From Squalus acanthias (Eukaryota), in the NCBI GenBank assembly GCA_030390025.1, contig CM059432.1, positions 123,382,001 to 123,446,000 of the forward strand: a stretch of 64,000 nt of DNA, given 5' to 3'. Below the pieces are notes generated by a model, which worked only from the letters and a program-made list of their open reading frames with translations, did no database searches and had not been told where the DNA came from. This document shows positions 48,811-61,554 of this stretch, in pieces. A program made the translations under genes and the position numbers. Each line of letters starts with the position of its first letter. Position 1 is the stretch's first letter.

Positions 48811-50404
48811 AGTAGAGTTCCAACACTTTCAAGGACACTTCTTTGGCTACACTTCAGTACTGAGTCAAAACTGTGTGTCAGAGTTCACTTTCAGAATCAC
48901 AAATATTGCCAATGATGGCACAGACCAGGGAGCAATTCTGGGCGCCTTTTCGGCCTTTATGGCTCATGACCACGTTACACTGGGCATGGGCCCAGCAAGC
49001 CACCGGCTAAGCAAATCTATTAACCGTGCAGCAGTTATAATTGTGCTGCTTATTCTGTTAAAATTATTTCACAGATTTAATGGACCATTTCGGAATAGCC
49101 TGGTATACAATCAACCATGGAAGTAGTAATGGCATTTTGGTAACTGATTAAGGGAAGCAGTGAGAATGTAACATTACGGGGAGTGGCCCTCTTGTTGAAC
49201 TGCAGTGAAAGCGATGATGTTTGAAACATTGATTGAAATGGGTTGTCGGTCAAACAGACTGAAGTAGCTCCTTTCTAACAAACATAGGAGTCCAAACACA
49301 CAAGGTGCTCGCGGTTTACTGGGGCTGGATTGCTATAGCTACTACCGACGTTTCTTTGAGTAATTCAAGCAATGGTAGTTATAAGCTGGCGAAGAACAGT
49401 ATAAATTGGTAGCTACTGTTCCCGCTGAAGGCTGAAATATTGGCAGCTCTGTATTCTGTCATGCTTAACCTTTCTGTCTGACAGTGCTTAATCAATACCG
49501 ACCGATCTCTTCTAATGCAGGTTTACTTTTGGCTTTTTTTTAAATCGGTTTAAATAAAAACCCACAGTAACCTGATCACTTCCCCACGGGATCCGGAGCC
49601 TGTCCATTACAGCTGATGAATATTCAATTATTACGACTAATAAACGAGTTTCCTGGACACCAAAGAAAGATAAATATCGTTTGTTGCGCAAAATCCTCAG
49701 CATGTTGTGACAAAAGCTTTAATGCACAACTTGGCATTTCGATAATTGCTTCAGGCTACTATACCTGCTCAGCAATTCTTCTTAGTGCTATGCTTGACCT
49801 TTAGTTTGATATGTAAACGTTAAACTGCCTCAGGAGGTAGCCACCACTTCACATTAATGTGTAATATAATGCAGTCTGGAAGAAAAGACTTACAGACGTG
49901 TCACTGTACCAGGGTGAAAGCATCCAGAGTAAGTGTGCTCGACTGATATCACGCCTAACCCTGAAGACAAGCTGAGGGCAGTGTTGATTTTGTCACATGC
50001 ACACGACGGTGACTTATAGGGAAAAAGAACATAAGCATCACAAATAACAAGGCAATCCTGCAAGATCCAACATCACAACATTGATATTCTTGGAAGGTTC
50101 GGCGTCGCTCAGTCTGTCGATCGCACCAGAATAACCGAAAATACACCCATAAAAAGTAAGAAAACCCATTGTACTACAAAGATTAGAAATAATGTTCAAT
50201 GTTGGTTTATGATTTTGATAATACAAATATTTTTTAAAAAACAGCAAATGCTGGAAATCTGGAACAAAAAAAAGACAAGAAAAACTGCCTTGCCGCATGA
50301 AGCATCGAGATCCACCTCACAGATTGGGATCCAAAGGAACTTCTGGAGGGAAAGTGTCACTGGATACCGCTGACTGCCATTTTGGCCACAGGTGAACTGG
50401 CATT

Positions 50405-51808
50405 GGGCCAGAATTTACTGTAGCCGGCACCCGCCATTCGTTAGACTTGCCCTTTCCACGTTTAATTTCCATGAGTTTTTGCACGACAAGTTGCTGTAAG
50501 TGGGAGATCGAAATGTCGTAGCGCCCTCTACAGGGCACTGGGGACCTGAGTGAACAGGGCAACAACTGTGTATCCTCTTAACCAATCAGATTGAAGGATT
50601 GAGGATTGACCAGCGCAGAGTCTGAACCAGGAAGTGCAAGTTAGAATAGTGAATTCAATGTCAAATCAGGTACAGGGTGGGAAGGGAGGAGACCTACCCT
50701 TTTACCTCCTCCCCTCCACTGTGGTTGACAGGGCCCGCAACCGTGTTCATCCCATTTCCTGCACTTCTGCTCTCACCCCTCCCACTCCCTCCCAGAACCA
50801 TGATAGGGTTTCCCTTGTCCTCACCTTCCACCCATCAGCCTCCACATTCAACGGATCATCCTCCGCCATTTCCGCCACCTCCAGCGTGATGCCACCACCA
50901 AACACATCTTCCCCTCCCCTCCTCTCCCCTCCCCTTTCAGCATTCCGAAGGGATCATTCCCTCCGCGACACCCTGGTCCACTCCTCAATCACCCCCAACA
51001 CCCCTTCCCCTTCCCATGGCACCTTACCGAGCAAGAGCAGGAGATGCAACACCTGCCCTTTTTACCTCTTCCCTTCCCACTGTCCAGGGCCCCAAACACT
51101 CCTTCCAGGTGAAACAGCGATTTACTTGTACTTCTTGCAATTTAGTATACTGTATTCTGAGTCTTGATTGATAGAGATTATTGGTAGGTGAGTGATGGGG
51201 GTGTGGTGCATTGAGCAGTGGCTGAGGCTAATGGTGCAGTTGGTAGGATATGGCATTTGAAGATGGATTCACTGACCTTGACCATTCGTGTGAGGTCATT
51301 GAACTTCTTGGGGCACTGCATCCAGGTCCTCGGGGCTAGACTCCTGGCATTGACAACGATGGCTATCTGCTCCCCCTGCTTTTTGAGTGTGTGTCTGGAG
51401 GGCCTCCTGGCCCCCTGCGGGTATAGGACATCTCTTGTCCTTTCCACCTCCTTCACCAAGGCTTCCAGTGCAGTGTCGGAAAACCTTGGAGCCCACTCTA
51501 TCCTATATTGTGCCATTCTTCACTGTTTCCCAGGGCAGATTCACTTCCTGCATGACTCCCAGCACCTGCTCCAGCCACAATGCACCTCCCCTTTAAATGT
51601 GCGGGCTAGCTTTAAGCAGTGCAGGCTAGCTTTAACTGGTGCTAGTAACGATTTTGGACCCCCTGCTGATGCGTGCAGCCAATCAACAGCGTGGTTAGCG
51701 CTGGCTGCACACTGAGACCATTGAAGTGAGCAGGCAGCACAAAGCTGCCTGCATTACATTGAACCAGCACGGGTTAATTGCGCATCGCGATCCTGAATTT
51801 AGCCCCCC
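50405..51808 (-). mobile_element. Decayed Harbinger derivative(s) with Myb exon 1
   Basis: ORF 51178-51516(-) APRFSDTALEALVKEV..RTWMQCPKKFNDLTRMVK|VS; ends GGGCCAGAATT..AATTTAGCCCC. Confidence 0.7.
50690..51160 (+). mobile_element. Penelope-like element coding fragment (linker before GIY-YIG)
   Basis: RVSLVLTFHP..AFRRDHSLRDTLVHS..RRCNTCP..FQVKQRFTC, characteristic of vertebrate PLEs. Confidence 0.75.
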
Positions 51809-52088
51809 AGCAGTTTTAAATATTAAAACACAGTAATAAGGGTAATTGAGGAACACTGCTGAGGTTACTTTTATGTGTGATTAAAATATTTAGCACCAGG
51901 TAATAATTTAAACAGCACGCTTTCTCCTCCAGTAAAATCACTTAGCACTAAATTAAGTACATTAGTCCACCAGTCAGTGTCTGGGAAAATTACTCTGTCC
52001 GTATAGAGGAATAGCTCCATGAATGCAAAAGTAGTCCATAACTAAACTGTCCTGTCCCATGAACAGAACAGAACTAAACAGAATAGTG

Positions 52089-52548
52089 TGTCAGTTGTGG
52101 CTCAGTGGGTAACACCCTCACCTCTGAGTCAGAAAGTTGTGGGTTCAAGTCCCACTCCAGGGATATGAATACAAAAATCTAGGCTGACACTCCAGTGCAG
52201 TACTGAGGGAGTGCTGCACTGTCGGAGGTGCCGTCTTTTGGATGAGACATTAAACCGAGGCCCTAGTCTGCTCCCTCAGGTGGCTGTAAAAGATCCCATG
52301 GCACTATTTTGAAGAAGAGTAGAGGAGTTATCCCCGGTGTGCTGGCCAATATGTTATCCCTCAATCAACATAACAAAATCAGATTATCTGGTCATTAACA
52401 CATTGCTGTTTGTGGGAGCTTGTTGTGCACAAATTGGCTGTCACGTTACAACAGTGACTACACTCTAAAAAGTACTTCATTGGCTGTAAAGCGCTTTGAG
52501 ACATCCGGTGGTCATGAAAGACACTATATAAATGCAAGTCTTTTTTTA
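52089..52548 (+). mobile_element. Deu-domain tRNA SINE, full length
   Basis: Same structure as 672-1140. Confidence 0.88.
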
Positions 52549-53247
52549 TTACAATGAAACATAAATTATGTTCCGATGGTGCTTGATTTTGAAGATGCAC
52601 TATTTATATTTTTGTAGCGCAGATGGAGACCATAAAAGCCAATTGCAGAGTCCTGAATTGAGGGTGACGAGCAGAGGTCAGCACTGTGCAAAATGCACTC
52701 TACTCATTCTCAATCTTTGCTACTTAAATTCAAATATATTCAAGACTAATCGCATTGGGGGCCCTTTATTTTTTCCTCCACGGACCGGACAGATGTAAAG
52801 CAGCTTAATTTAAGGAAAGTATGGCCCACTTTTCTAGCATCAGCAGTATTGGAGAGTTCTGCTCCTCATTATGTTAGGAAGGGTTGATCTCTTAAAGGGG
52901 CACTTTAATAAAAGAAGTATTTGGGAGACTTTTTTTGTTTGTTTGCAAATGCATAAATAATTGTGTAAGTCACACATCATATACCTTGCATGTCATGAAA
53001 ATGCTTTCTTCCTTCCAAAAACAAACAACAATTTGCCAAACTTACTATGTGAATATAATGCCCTTTAAATAGGGCTGTGCGTTGCTCATGGAGCGCCGTT
53101 TTTTGTGGAATCTGAATCCCCGGAAAGTTAGGAAATAATCATTGAATTTCATAGAAATGTTCTACATTAGCATAGCATTTATAACTAAATAAATCATTGA
53201 CTGTGGATGAAGTACTGGCCTGTACATAGGACCCATACAATTGTCAA

Positions 53248-53890
53248 GGGGTAGAAATTGGTCCTCATTGTGCCTGTTTTCAGGGCAGAAAACGGGGGCA
53301 AAAGTGAACAATTTCGCAGGGCTACAGCCCGCTCCCTAAGCACGCCTGAAACATGTCCGGCACCATATTGATCTTGGATGATTTTCAGCCTTCCCGGGTA
53401 GCCACCTTAAATAGGCCTTAGGTATATGCTAATGAGGGGCCTAGGGCCAATTAAGGACCCCTGAGCAACATTAGCCAGCGGTGAGCGGAGCAGGCATCGG
53501 GCCTATTCCACTCAGGTTTTGGTGGGGGTTGCTACGGCCGCCAACATAAAGAAAGAATGTTCTTCTTTTATTACCTTCCTATGGAGCTGGGAGGAGCAGG
53601 CACGCTCTCCTGACTCCACAGCACTCCCGAGGGCCGCTGCCTGCCCGAGATATTATCCTCCACCCCTCCCCTCCCCCCTCGCCGGAATTCCCTGAGGGCC
53701 ATTGCCGGCGAGGCAGCAGGCCCAAACTTAATCTCCAACTTCGGGCAAACTGCCTCTGGGGGAGCAACAGGCACTGGCAGCTCACTGCTAAATGAGACCC
53801 GAAGCTCAATGGTCAAAGTCAACCTATTTTAGGCCTAAAAATGGGCCTCCACAGCCACAGGTTCTGCCGTTCTACCTCGGACAATTTACT
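53248..53890. mobile_element. Harbinger-type MITE
   Basis: Starts GGGGTAGAAATT, identical to the left end at 7275; the right end is decayed. Confidence 0.5.
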
Positions 53891-54503
53891 GCGGTGTTCT
53901 GTTTGATTACTGATGATGTATCAATTGCGCGAGAGCCGAGTGTGCCAGCATGAGAGCGTGAGGTGCTATTGAAGTGTGTGAGACTCGCATCGGATGCGCA
54001 AGATTTGGCATGTGTGGACTCAAGAGCAGCACCAACAGAAGCTTGGGAGCGTGCTTGGCCACTGAGTCAGGAAGTGATGTGAGGCACAGAGAAGCCTGAA
54101 AGGAAGACAAGCTGCAGTCCTACTCCACCATACAAATATGAATGAAGTATCTGTGGGAACATTTTTTTAATCACAATATTTGACTGAGAGCATGCCACGG
54201 GGAGAGGAGGGCAGGTGGTGAGGAGAGAGTGGGAAGTGAACATCCGTCCCGGATCCAAATCAGTAGAAGCTTCTTGTTACATTTTTGGGTCTTAATGTAG
54301 ATATTCTATTCATGTCAATCATCACCCACCACGCCGTAAGTGGGCCTGTCATCCCTTATTAGCCAGAGTGTGCCATTAGCTGCCCAAAATCTAGGTAAAC
54401 AACAGGGAACCCCTATTAATGGATCCCTGGCTCACTGGAATATGACCCACGCGGCTACGTGATTCTCCTCATCTTCGATAGGCAGAATGAATATACATTC
54501 CAT

Positions 54504-55040
54504 GGGGCCAATTTTGAAAATCTGTGCTAACGGGACAGTAAGGGCCTATAAATGGGGTCGGTAGCATTACTGCCCCGTTAACCCAGAGGAACGGCCCGCT
54601 ATAACTTTCACAGGTGCGGCCGAAGTGCCTGCCTGAAATAAGCGGTCGGCCTCTTTCCTGTGCAAATCGGGATCCTAAGGATATCGGTAGGACCCCAATT
54701 GCAATTTTCAGGGCCACTTAGGCGGAACTTGCAATGCAAACTGTGTACTGGCGCTACTTCTGGCTCGCCTCTGCCAGCAGCACCTCGCTCTGCCTTAACA
54801 TTGCATTCCTCCCCCGGCCCCCCCACCTACCTGTGGGCCTCTGCAGGTGTCCCAGCCAGCCAGCATTCCTGAGGCCGAAGAGTGGCGAGCTACAGCAGGA
54901 CCCCTGTTAGCTGTACGCAGCTCGCCTGACAAATTCAAATGAGGCAGAGACCTCAAATCATGGGGGGATTCTTCACCGCCGCAATGGGCGGTCGGCTAGC
55001 GCATTCCACTGGCCAAATGCCCAAAAGTCAAAGTTAACCC
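54504..55040. mobile_element. Harbinger-type MITE (decayed)
   Basis: Ends GGGGCCAATTTTG..CAAAGTTAACCC; flanks CAT/TAT. Confidence 0.45.
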
Positions 55041-55618
55041 TATCAGACCAAGGTCAGACAAATGTAAAATAGGTAAATAAACAGGATTTAGTAAAAAAAA
55101 GCAAATTTACTGTAGTCTACAAACTACTATTCGCCGCACTGTATCAAAACAACAAAGGCACTTCTCCCGAGCTATCTCTCAACATAGAATTAAACTTCGA
55201 AACACGGCCACTTCTTACATGGCAAAACATTACCTCAGAGCCAAACTCCCTCAGTTTCTTTGGAAAGAACAGAGGAATGCGCGTTTCGAGGGTGGATCCT
55301 TTATCAAAACACCAACGACCTGCACCTGAAATGGAAATTCCTTGGGTTTTTTCCCCACCCATGCTGCCTGACCTGCTGAGTGTTTCCAGTATTTTCTGTT
55401 TCTGTTTCAGATTTCCAGACACAGCTGTCAATCAAAATCCGAATGCCATGCAAATAATGCGCCCTCTATTTGATATGTTGATCTGCCCCATATAAATTGA
55501 ATGACCGGTTCTAGAGCCTGGGAAGACCTGTCGGAACAAGAAAACAGCAACACACTGTTGCTCTCATAACCATTCAAACAACATTTTAAAAAGATGCTGC
55601 AAACATCGAACTGCAAAC

Positions 55619-57240
55619 ACAGAGGGATTGACAGGGTAGATGCTGAGAGGCTGTTTCCCCTGGCTGTAGAGTCTAGAACTAAGGGGCATTGGGGAAAAAT
55701 TGGGTATCGCCCATTTTGGGCGCTAATATTGGCCAGGCGCAAAGTTTAGCACCCGGCGCTAATTATCGCCTCCGACTGCAAAATTCACCTCTATCGCCCC
55801 ATGAGGTGATTGGAGCGCTAAATCAGGCACTACACACCTCTCTTAAGGCACTAACATTGGGGAGCGAGGTGCTACCTCAGAGCGCTACTGAAGCTCAGGC
55901 AATGTCAGTTACCATGGAAGCCAGACACACTGGCGCCGTCCAGTTCTTAAAGGGGACGGGGCCATCTTGCTGGCCAGCCACACCCTGCTCATTGCAGCCT
56001 TGAATCTCGGCCTGGAGAGACCTCTAAAGCAATTGTGTTGGAGGCACTAATGGATAGGCCCAGGGAAAGAGCTCGGCGCTTAGGAACCTCAAAAGTGGTG
56101 CTGACAGCCAAAACTCCTTAGGACAGCATTAAATCTCTCCAGACGTCTCTCTCCCTCTTAACCTGCGTGTAACAAACATTTTGCCAACATGAAAAGGCAG
56201 GAAGCGCTTGCCTTTAAATAGCGCTTCCCCCAGCCCCTTCCTGACTTGAAAACGTTCCCTTCTGCCTGTCGTTCCTAGCGGCAGGCGCTAAGCAAGGGGG
56301 CGCGACTTAATATCCGGTCCGGGGCACTGCACGCTCGACTGACGTCATGATCTGCCGGCGCAGGAGATCGTGGCGGTAATGTTTAGCGCCGCCGCAAAAC
56401 GACTGGTCAATTTGGCGAGCGGCGCTAAAATCGCCGTGCTCCCCAGAGGCGCTAACCAACCGAATTATTCCCCCATAGTCTCTGGATAGGGGGTCGGCCA
56501 TTTAAGACTGAGATGAGGAGGAATTCCTTCACTCAGAGGGTTGTGAATCTTTGGAATTCTCTGCCCCAAAAGACTGTGGATGCTGAGCATATTCAAAGCT
56601 GAGATAGAAACATAGAAACATAGAAAATAGGTACAGGAGTAGACCATTCGGTCCTTCGAGCCTGCACCGCCATTCAATGCATTCATGGCTGAACATGCTA
56701 CCTCAGTACCCCATTCCTGCTTTCTCGCCATACCCCTTGATCCCCCGAGTTGTGAGTGTTATATCTAACTGCCTTTTGAATATATTTAGCGAACTGGCCT
56801 CAACAACCTTCTGTGGAAGAGAATTCCATAGATTCACCACTCTCTGGGTGAAGAAGTTCCTCCTCAGCTCAGTCTTAAATGGCTTCCCCTTAATCCTTAG
56901 ACTGTGACCCCTGGTTCTAGTTTTCCCTAACATTGGGAACATTCTGCCCGCATCTAATTTGTCTAAACCAGTCAGGATTTTAAATGTCTCTATATAGATA
57001 GATTTTTGGACTCTAGGGATAGGGAAGTGGAGTTGAGATCAAAGATCAGCCATGATCTTATTGAATGGCGTAGCAGGCTCGAGGGACCTACATTGTTCCA
57101 TGGGATCTTTTATGTCCACCTGAGAGAGCAGACGGGGCCTCGGTTTAACATCTCATCCGAAAGACGGCACCTCCGACAGTGCAGCACTGGAGTGCCATTG
57201 CCAGCCTAGATTTATGTGCTCCTGATGTTCCTACGTTCTT
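55619..57240 (+). mobile_element. CR1 3' fragment with nested Harbinger (55691-56474), inverted CR1 (about 56609-56995) and SINE fragment (about 57098-57220)
   Basis: The CR1 sequence resumes after each insert (..AGGGGCAT | AGTCTC..; ..GCTGAGATAGA | TAGATTTTTGGAC). Confidence 0.8.
55691..56474 (+). mobile_element. Non-autonomous Harbinger of the 7275 family with both ends
   Basis: GGGGAAAAATT..AATTATTCCCCC; colinear with 7275-7600 and 11130-11230, plus the terminal ~180 bp missing from the coding copy. Confidence 0.88.
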
Positions 57241-57551
57241 AAACACTCAGCAGATCAGGCAGCGAGTGCAGACAAATTAACATTCAGGTGTAGAGATTTA
57301 ACGAAGGGTTAACTTACCTTTTCTCTCCACAGGTGCTGCATTTTCTGTTTTTATTTCCTACTTCTGCAATTTTGCACTTTAAGAAGACACACTGAGTACT
57401 AGCCCTTAGACTGCGTTGTTGCTGTAGCAATCCGGTCAATGGCCTTGGCCATTAAGCACAATCTGTAATTCTATTTACATCACCCAGCCATGCACATACA
57501 GACAACCCATCAATTTCAGAGCTATTATGCATTGATTGGAAATGAACCTGA

Positions 57552-58028
57552 AAGAAAGACTTGCATCTGTAGCACACCTTTCATGTCTTATAGTAAGTCC
57601 CAAAGCGCTTTACAGCCAATTAAGTACTTTTTTTTTTGAAGTGGACTCACTTTTGTAATGTAGGAAACGCAGCAGCCAATTTGCACACGGCAAGCTCCCA
57701 CAATTAGCAATGTAATAATGACCAGAGAATCTGTTTTTGTTACGTCGATTGAGGGATAAATATTGGCCTGGACACCGGGGAGAACTCCCCTGCTCTTCTT
57801 CGAAATATTGCCACGGAATCTTTTACATCCACCTGAGAGAGCTGACGGGGCCTCGGTTTAACATTTCATCCGAACGACGGCACCTCCGACAATGCAGCAC
57901 TCCCTCAGTACTGCACTGGAGTGCCACTGCCAGCCTAGATTTATGTGCTCAAGTCTCTGGAGTGGGACTTGAACCCACAACCTTCTGACTCAGAGGTGAG
58001 AGTGCTACCCACTGAGCCACAGCTGACA
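57552..58028 (-). mobile_element. Deu-domain tRNA SINE, full length
   Basis: Reverse complement of the 672-1140 type. Confidence 0.88.
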
Positions 58029-58502
58029 CCTAGGTTTTACCCCACGTGTGCCCAGGCCATTGAGAAAAAAATAATTAACATGGGACAAAAAATGCTCCAA
58101 TTTGGTCATGACCCTTACAAACATCACAGCACCCCTGCCCCGAAAGAAAGGGATAGGCCGATATTAGAGGGAAGACAGGAGTACACCTCCCCCCGCCCAC
58201 CCTCTGCAAGCATAAATAGAGTGCTCTAATCCAATAGCACTCAAACAAACTAAGAAAGTCCCTGGGGTGCACCTGCCCAGTTTACCACCCACTCGTTCCA
58301 TAGCAACTGCCAATAAAACATTCCAATTGTAAAGCATGCATCACTGCTGCAAGCAATACAAGCACACACACGAAGGCCAAGAGACTCATTGTTGGAAGGT
58401 GTGCCCCTATAATCACCATGTGGGCAAAATGGGCTGCTGCCCCAACATGCAAAATCATGAGGCAAAAATGAAAATAAATAAATAAATAAATAAATAAATA
58501 AG

Positions 58503-58635
58503 GCAAAAGCAAAATACTGCAGATGCCGAAAGTCTGAAATAAAAACAGAAGCTGCTGGAAACACTCAGCCGGTCAGGCATTATTGGTGGAGAGAGAAACA
58601 GAGTCAACGTTTCAGGTCGATGGTCTTTCGTCAGC
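58503..58635 (-). mobile_element. Penelope-like tail with a degenerate hammerhead
   Basis: The minus strand reads CTGACGAAAGACCATCGACCTGAAACGTTGACTCTGTTTCTCTC.. Confidence 0.6.
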
Positions 58636-58912
58636 CTCGCGTTGTAGCAAAAATAATCATATATTGACGCTAGCTGCCTTACTCAAATACAGGTTCTCCT
58701 TAATGTGAAGTCCGCACCAGCATAATGGATGGCCAACTAGAAGCCATTTCATGCTTGGATTAAGAATTCCATAAACGCAGAAGAAAGCATTTCACTTACA
58801 TAGAATTTACAGCACAGAAACGGGCCATTCGGCCCAACTGCTCTGTGCTGGTGTTTATGCTGCACAGGAGCCTCCTCCCACCTTACTTCATCTCACCCTA
58901 TCAACATAGCCT

Positions 58913-59153
58913 TCAGCTGTGGCTCAGTGGGTAGTGGGTAGCACACGCGCCTCTGAGTCAGAAGGTTGTGCGTTCAAGTCCCACTCCAGCGACTCGAGCG
59001 CATAAAGCTAGGCTGACACTCTAGTGCAGTACTGAGGGAGTGTTGCACTGTCAGTAGGTGCCATCTTTCAGATGAGACCATAAACCGAGGCCCTGTCTAC
59101 TCACTCAGTTGGATGTAAAAGATCCCATGGCACTATTTCGCAGAAGACCAGGG
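58913..59153 (+). mobile_element. Deu-domain SINE, 3'-truncated by the adjacent Harbinger
   Basis: tRNA head and the start of the Deu core. Confidence 0.8.
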
Positions 59154-59826
59154 GACCGCGAAATTCGTCTCCAGCGTCCCTGGAGGTGATTGGAGCACTA
59201 AATCAAGCGCTACACACTTCTCTTAGGGCACTAACATCGGGGAGGGGGCGCTACCTCAGAGCGCTTCTCAAGCTCAGATGATGTCAATTACCTAGTACTC
59301 AGACAGACTGGTGCCTTCCAGTTCTTAAAGGGAAGGTACAATAATGCTGCACAGCCTCACCCTGATCATTGCTGCTTTTGACCTGGGCCTGCAAGGAGGT
59401 GCAATTCTTCAACCAGGATATCATGGCTGCACAGAAGCCCAGGGAGAGAGCTTGCCGGTTCAGCGACCAGGCATTGGCGGCTCTGGTTGTGGCTGTGGAA
59501 AAAACAGGAAGCGCACGCCTTTAAATAGCGCTCCCCCAGCTCCCAGCCACCTGCAAACCATCCCCCTCTACCTGTCGTTCCTAGCGGTAAGCGTTGAGGC
59601 AGGGGGTGAGAAACAATTTTCCGTCCGGGGCGATGCGTGCTTCGATGACATCACGATCTCTGGGCACAGGAGATTGTGGCGGTAGTGTTTAGCGCCACTG
59701 CAAACCGCCAGTTGAATTTCGCGGGCGGCGCTAAAATCACCGCGCATGGGCGGTAAGTCGTTAGCGCCCCGTTAGTGCCCCCCAGAGGTGCTAACGGGAG
59801 GCGCTAACCAACCAAATTTTTCCCCC
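59154..59826 (+). mobile_element. Non-autonomous Harbinger of the 7275 family (left end lost)
   Basis: Right end ..AAATTTTTCCCCC with TTAGCGCC/GGCGCTA subterminal repeats; short Myb start remnant. Confidence 0.82.
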
Positions 59827-59987
59827 TAAGTGTGTTCTAACCAAGGTTCTATATAAGCTTAACATAACTTTTCTGCTTTTCAATTCCACTCCACTAGAAA
59901 TGAACCTCAGTGCTTTGTTTGCATTTTTATGGCTTTGTTAATCTGCATTGCCACTTTTTAATGATTTGTGAATCTGTACCCCTAGAT

Positions 59988-60432
59988 CCACAGCGCCAGG
60001 GACCCGGGTTCGAATCTGACCTCGGGTGACTGTCTGTGTGGAGTTTGCACATTCTCCCCATGTCTGCGTGGGTTTCCTCCGGTTGCTCCGGTTTCCTCCC
60101 ACAGTCCAAAAATGTGCGGGTTAGGTTGATTTGGCTATGATAAATTGACCCTTAGTGTTAGGGGGGGATTAAATATGTGGGGTTATGGGGATAGGATGGG
60201 ATATGTTAGGGGGAATTAAATACGTGGGGTTACGGGGTAGGGTGGGATATGTGTCGGTGCAGGCTCGATGGGCCGAGATGGCCTCAATCTGTACTGTGGG
60301 GATTCTGTGTGAGAAAGCAGGGACAGTGTACTGGATTTGGATGATCAGCCACGATCGTATTGAATGGTGGAGCAGGCTCGACGGGCCGAATGGCCTACTC
60401 CTGCTCCTAGTTTCTATGTTTCTATGTTTCTA
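59988..60432 (+). mobile_element. HE1-like V-SINE plus CR1 3' tail, inserted in a decayed minus-strand CR1 (59828-60578)
   Basis: GGGTTCGAATC B box, V domain and (TTTCTATG)n tail. Confidence 0.75.
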
Positions 60433-60928
60433 TCCCTTTGAGCCTCTACGCTATTTAGACTCTTATTTTTCAAGGAGTATGTGGCCTCCTTATTCCTCCT
60501 ACCAAAATGCACCACCTCACACTTATCTATATTGAAATTAATTTTCCATTTACACGCCTATTCTGAAAGTTTGTTAACATAGCATATTTTTGAACCACAG
60601 CCCATTTGCTTATAATCATTCATTCATCAGTTCAACCTAAATAGAAGAGAAAACCTGAAGAGTCTACTAAAAAAAATCCAATACATAAATTACTATCTTA
60701 CAGTAAAGCCTCTATGCTTCCCGTTTTGTTTAGGAATCAGGCCTCAAGATTTCGGAGATCTAGATGGTGTGGTGGTACACCAAAGAGTCAAGGCACCAAT
60801 TATTTTTTGGAGAGGTGGGTGTGGATTTGTAGTGGTGATGCCTTTACACGCTGACTTTTCAATCGCAGCCTTGTCACGGTGGGAAGTGTCGACTAGAGAC
60901 AAGGAACCGCAAAATAGAGTTTAGACTA

Positions 60929-61091
60929 AAAGGGTAATTTTCAACTTTGAGTTCCCGGATAAGAGCCTCATTTTCTGACCAGTGCTTAAATGGGTGGAAA
61001 ATCAGGCATAGCACGGGCTGGAATTTCTGATACGTGGTCCTGGTGGGCAAATCACCCTGCTGGGAGCACAAAATTGGAAAATTATCCCTTT
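60929..61091. mobile_element. Short MITE
   Basis: Imperfect TIR AAGGGTAATTTTCAA / TTGGAAAATTATCCCTT. Confidence 0.5.
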
Positions 61092-61327
61092 GGAGTTCTT
61101 TGAAAAGCTTTTAGACTGCTAATTTTGACATGTCGTCATTACTGTTCGAGTATAATATATGCAGAGCCTGCTATTCCTCTGTAATATTCAATGAAATAAA
61201 ACCCAGTACCAACGCAATGCAAATTGTGTGTCTTGATCGTAGTGCTGTTACCGATGGTAGTCCACCATGACACAAACCGCCAGCACAAAAAAATGACAAA
61301 AATAGAACAAAATGGCCTCTGATAAAC

Positions 61328-61388
61328 TCTACTTATGAATCTATCTTCTACTTATGAATCTATCTTCTACTGATGAATCTATCTTCTA
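61328..61388 (+). repeat. 19-bp tandem repeat x3
   Basis: TCTACTTATGAATCTATCT three times (one mismatch). Confidence 0.9.
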
Positions 61389-61554
61389 TACTAAATCCAA
61401 TCATTATTATTGCTCCGCCACTGACTCAGTCCTCTTTTTGCCTCATGTAGTCTCTCTTATCTTTTCACAGCCTCCACTTGCCTCCCCAGCACTGATTTGC
61501 GAGGATGTTACTAGGCGAGGGGAGGGGTAACAGATATGGAGAGAGGTGCAAGAA

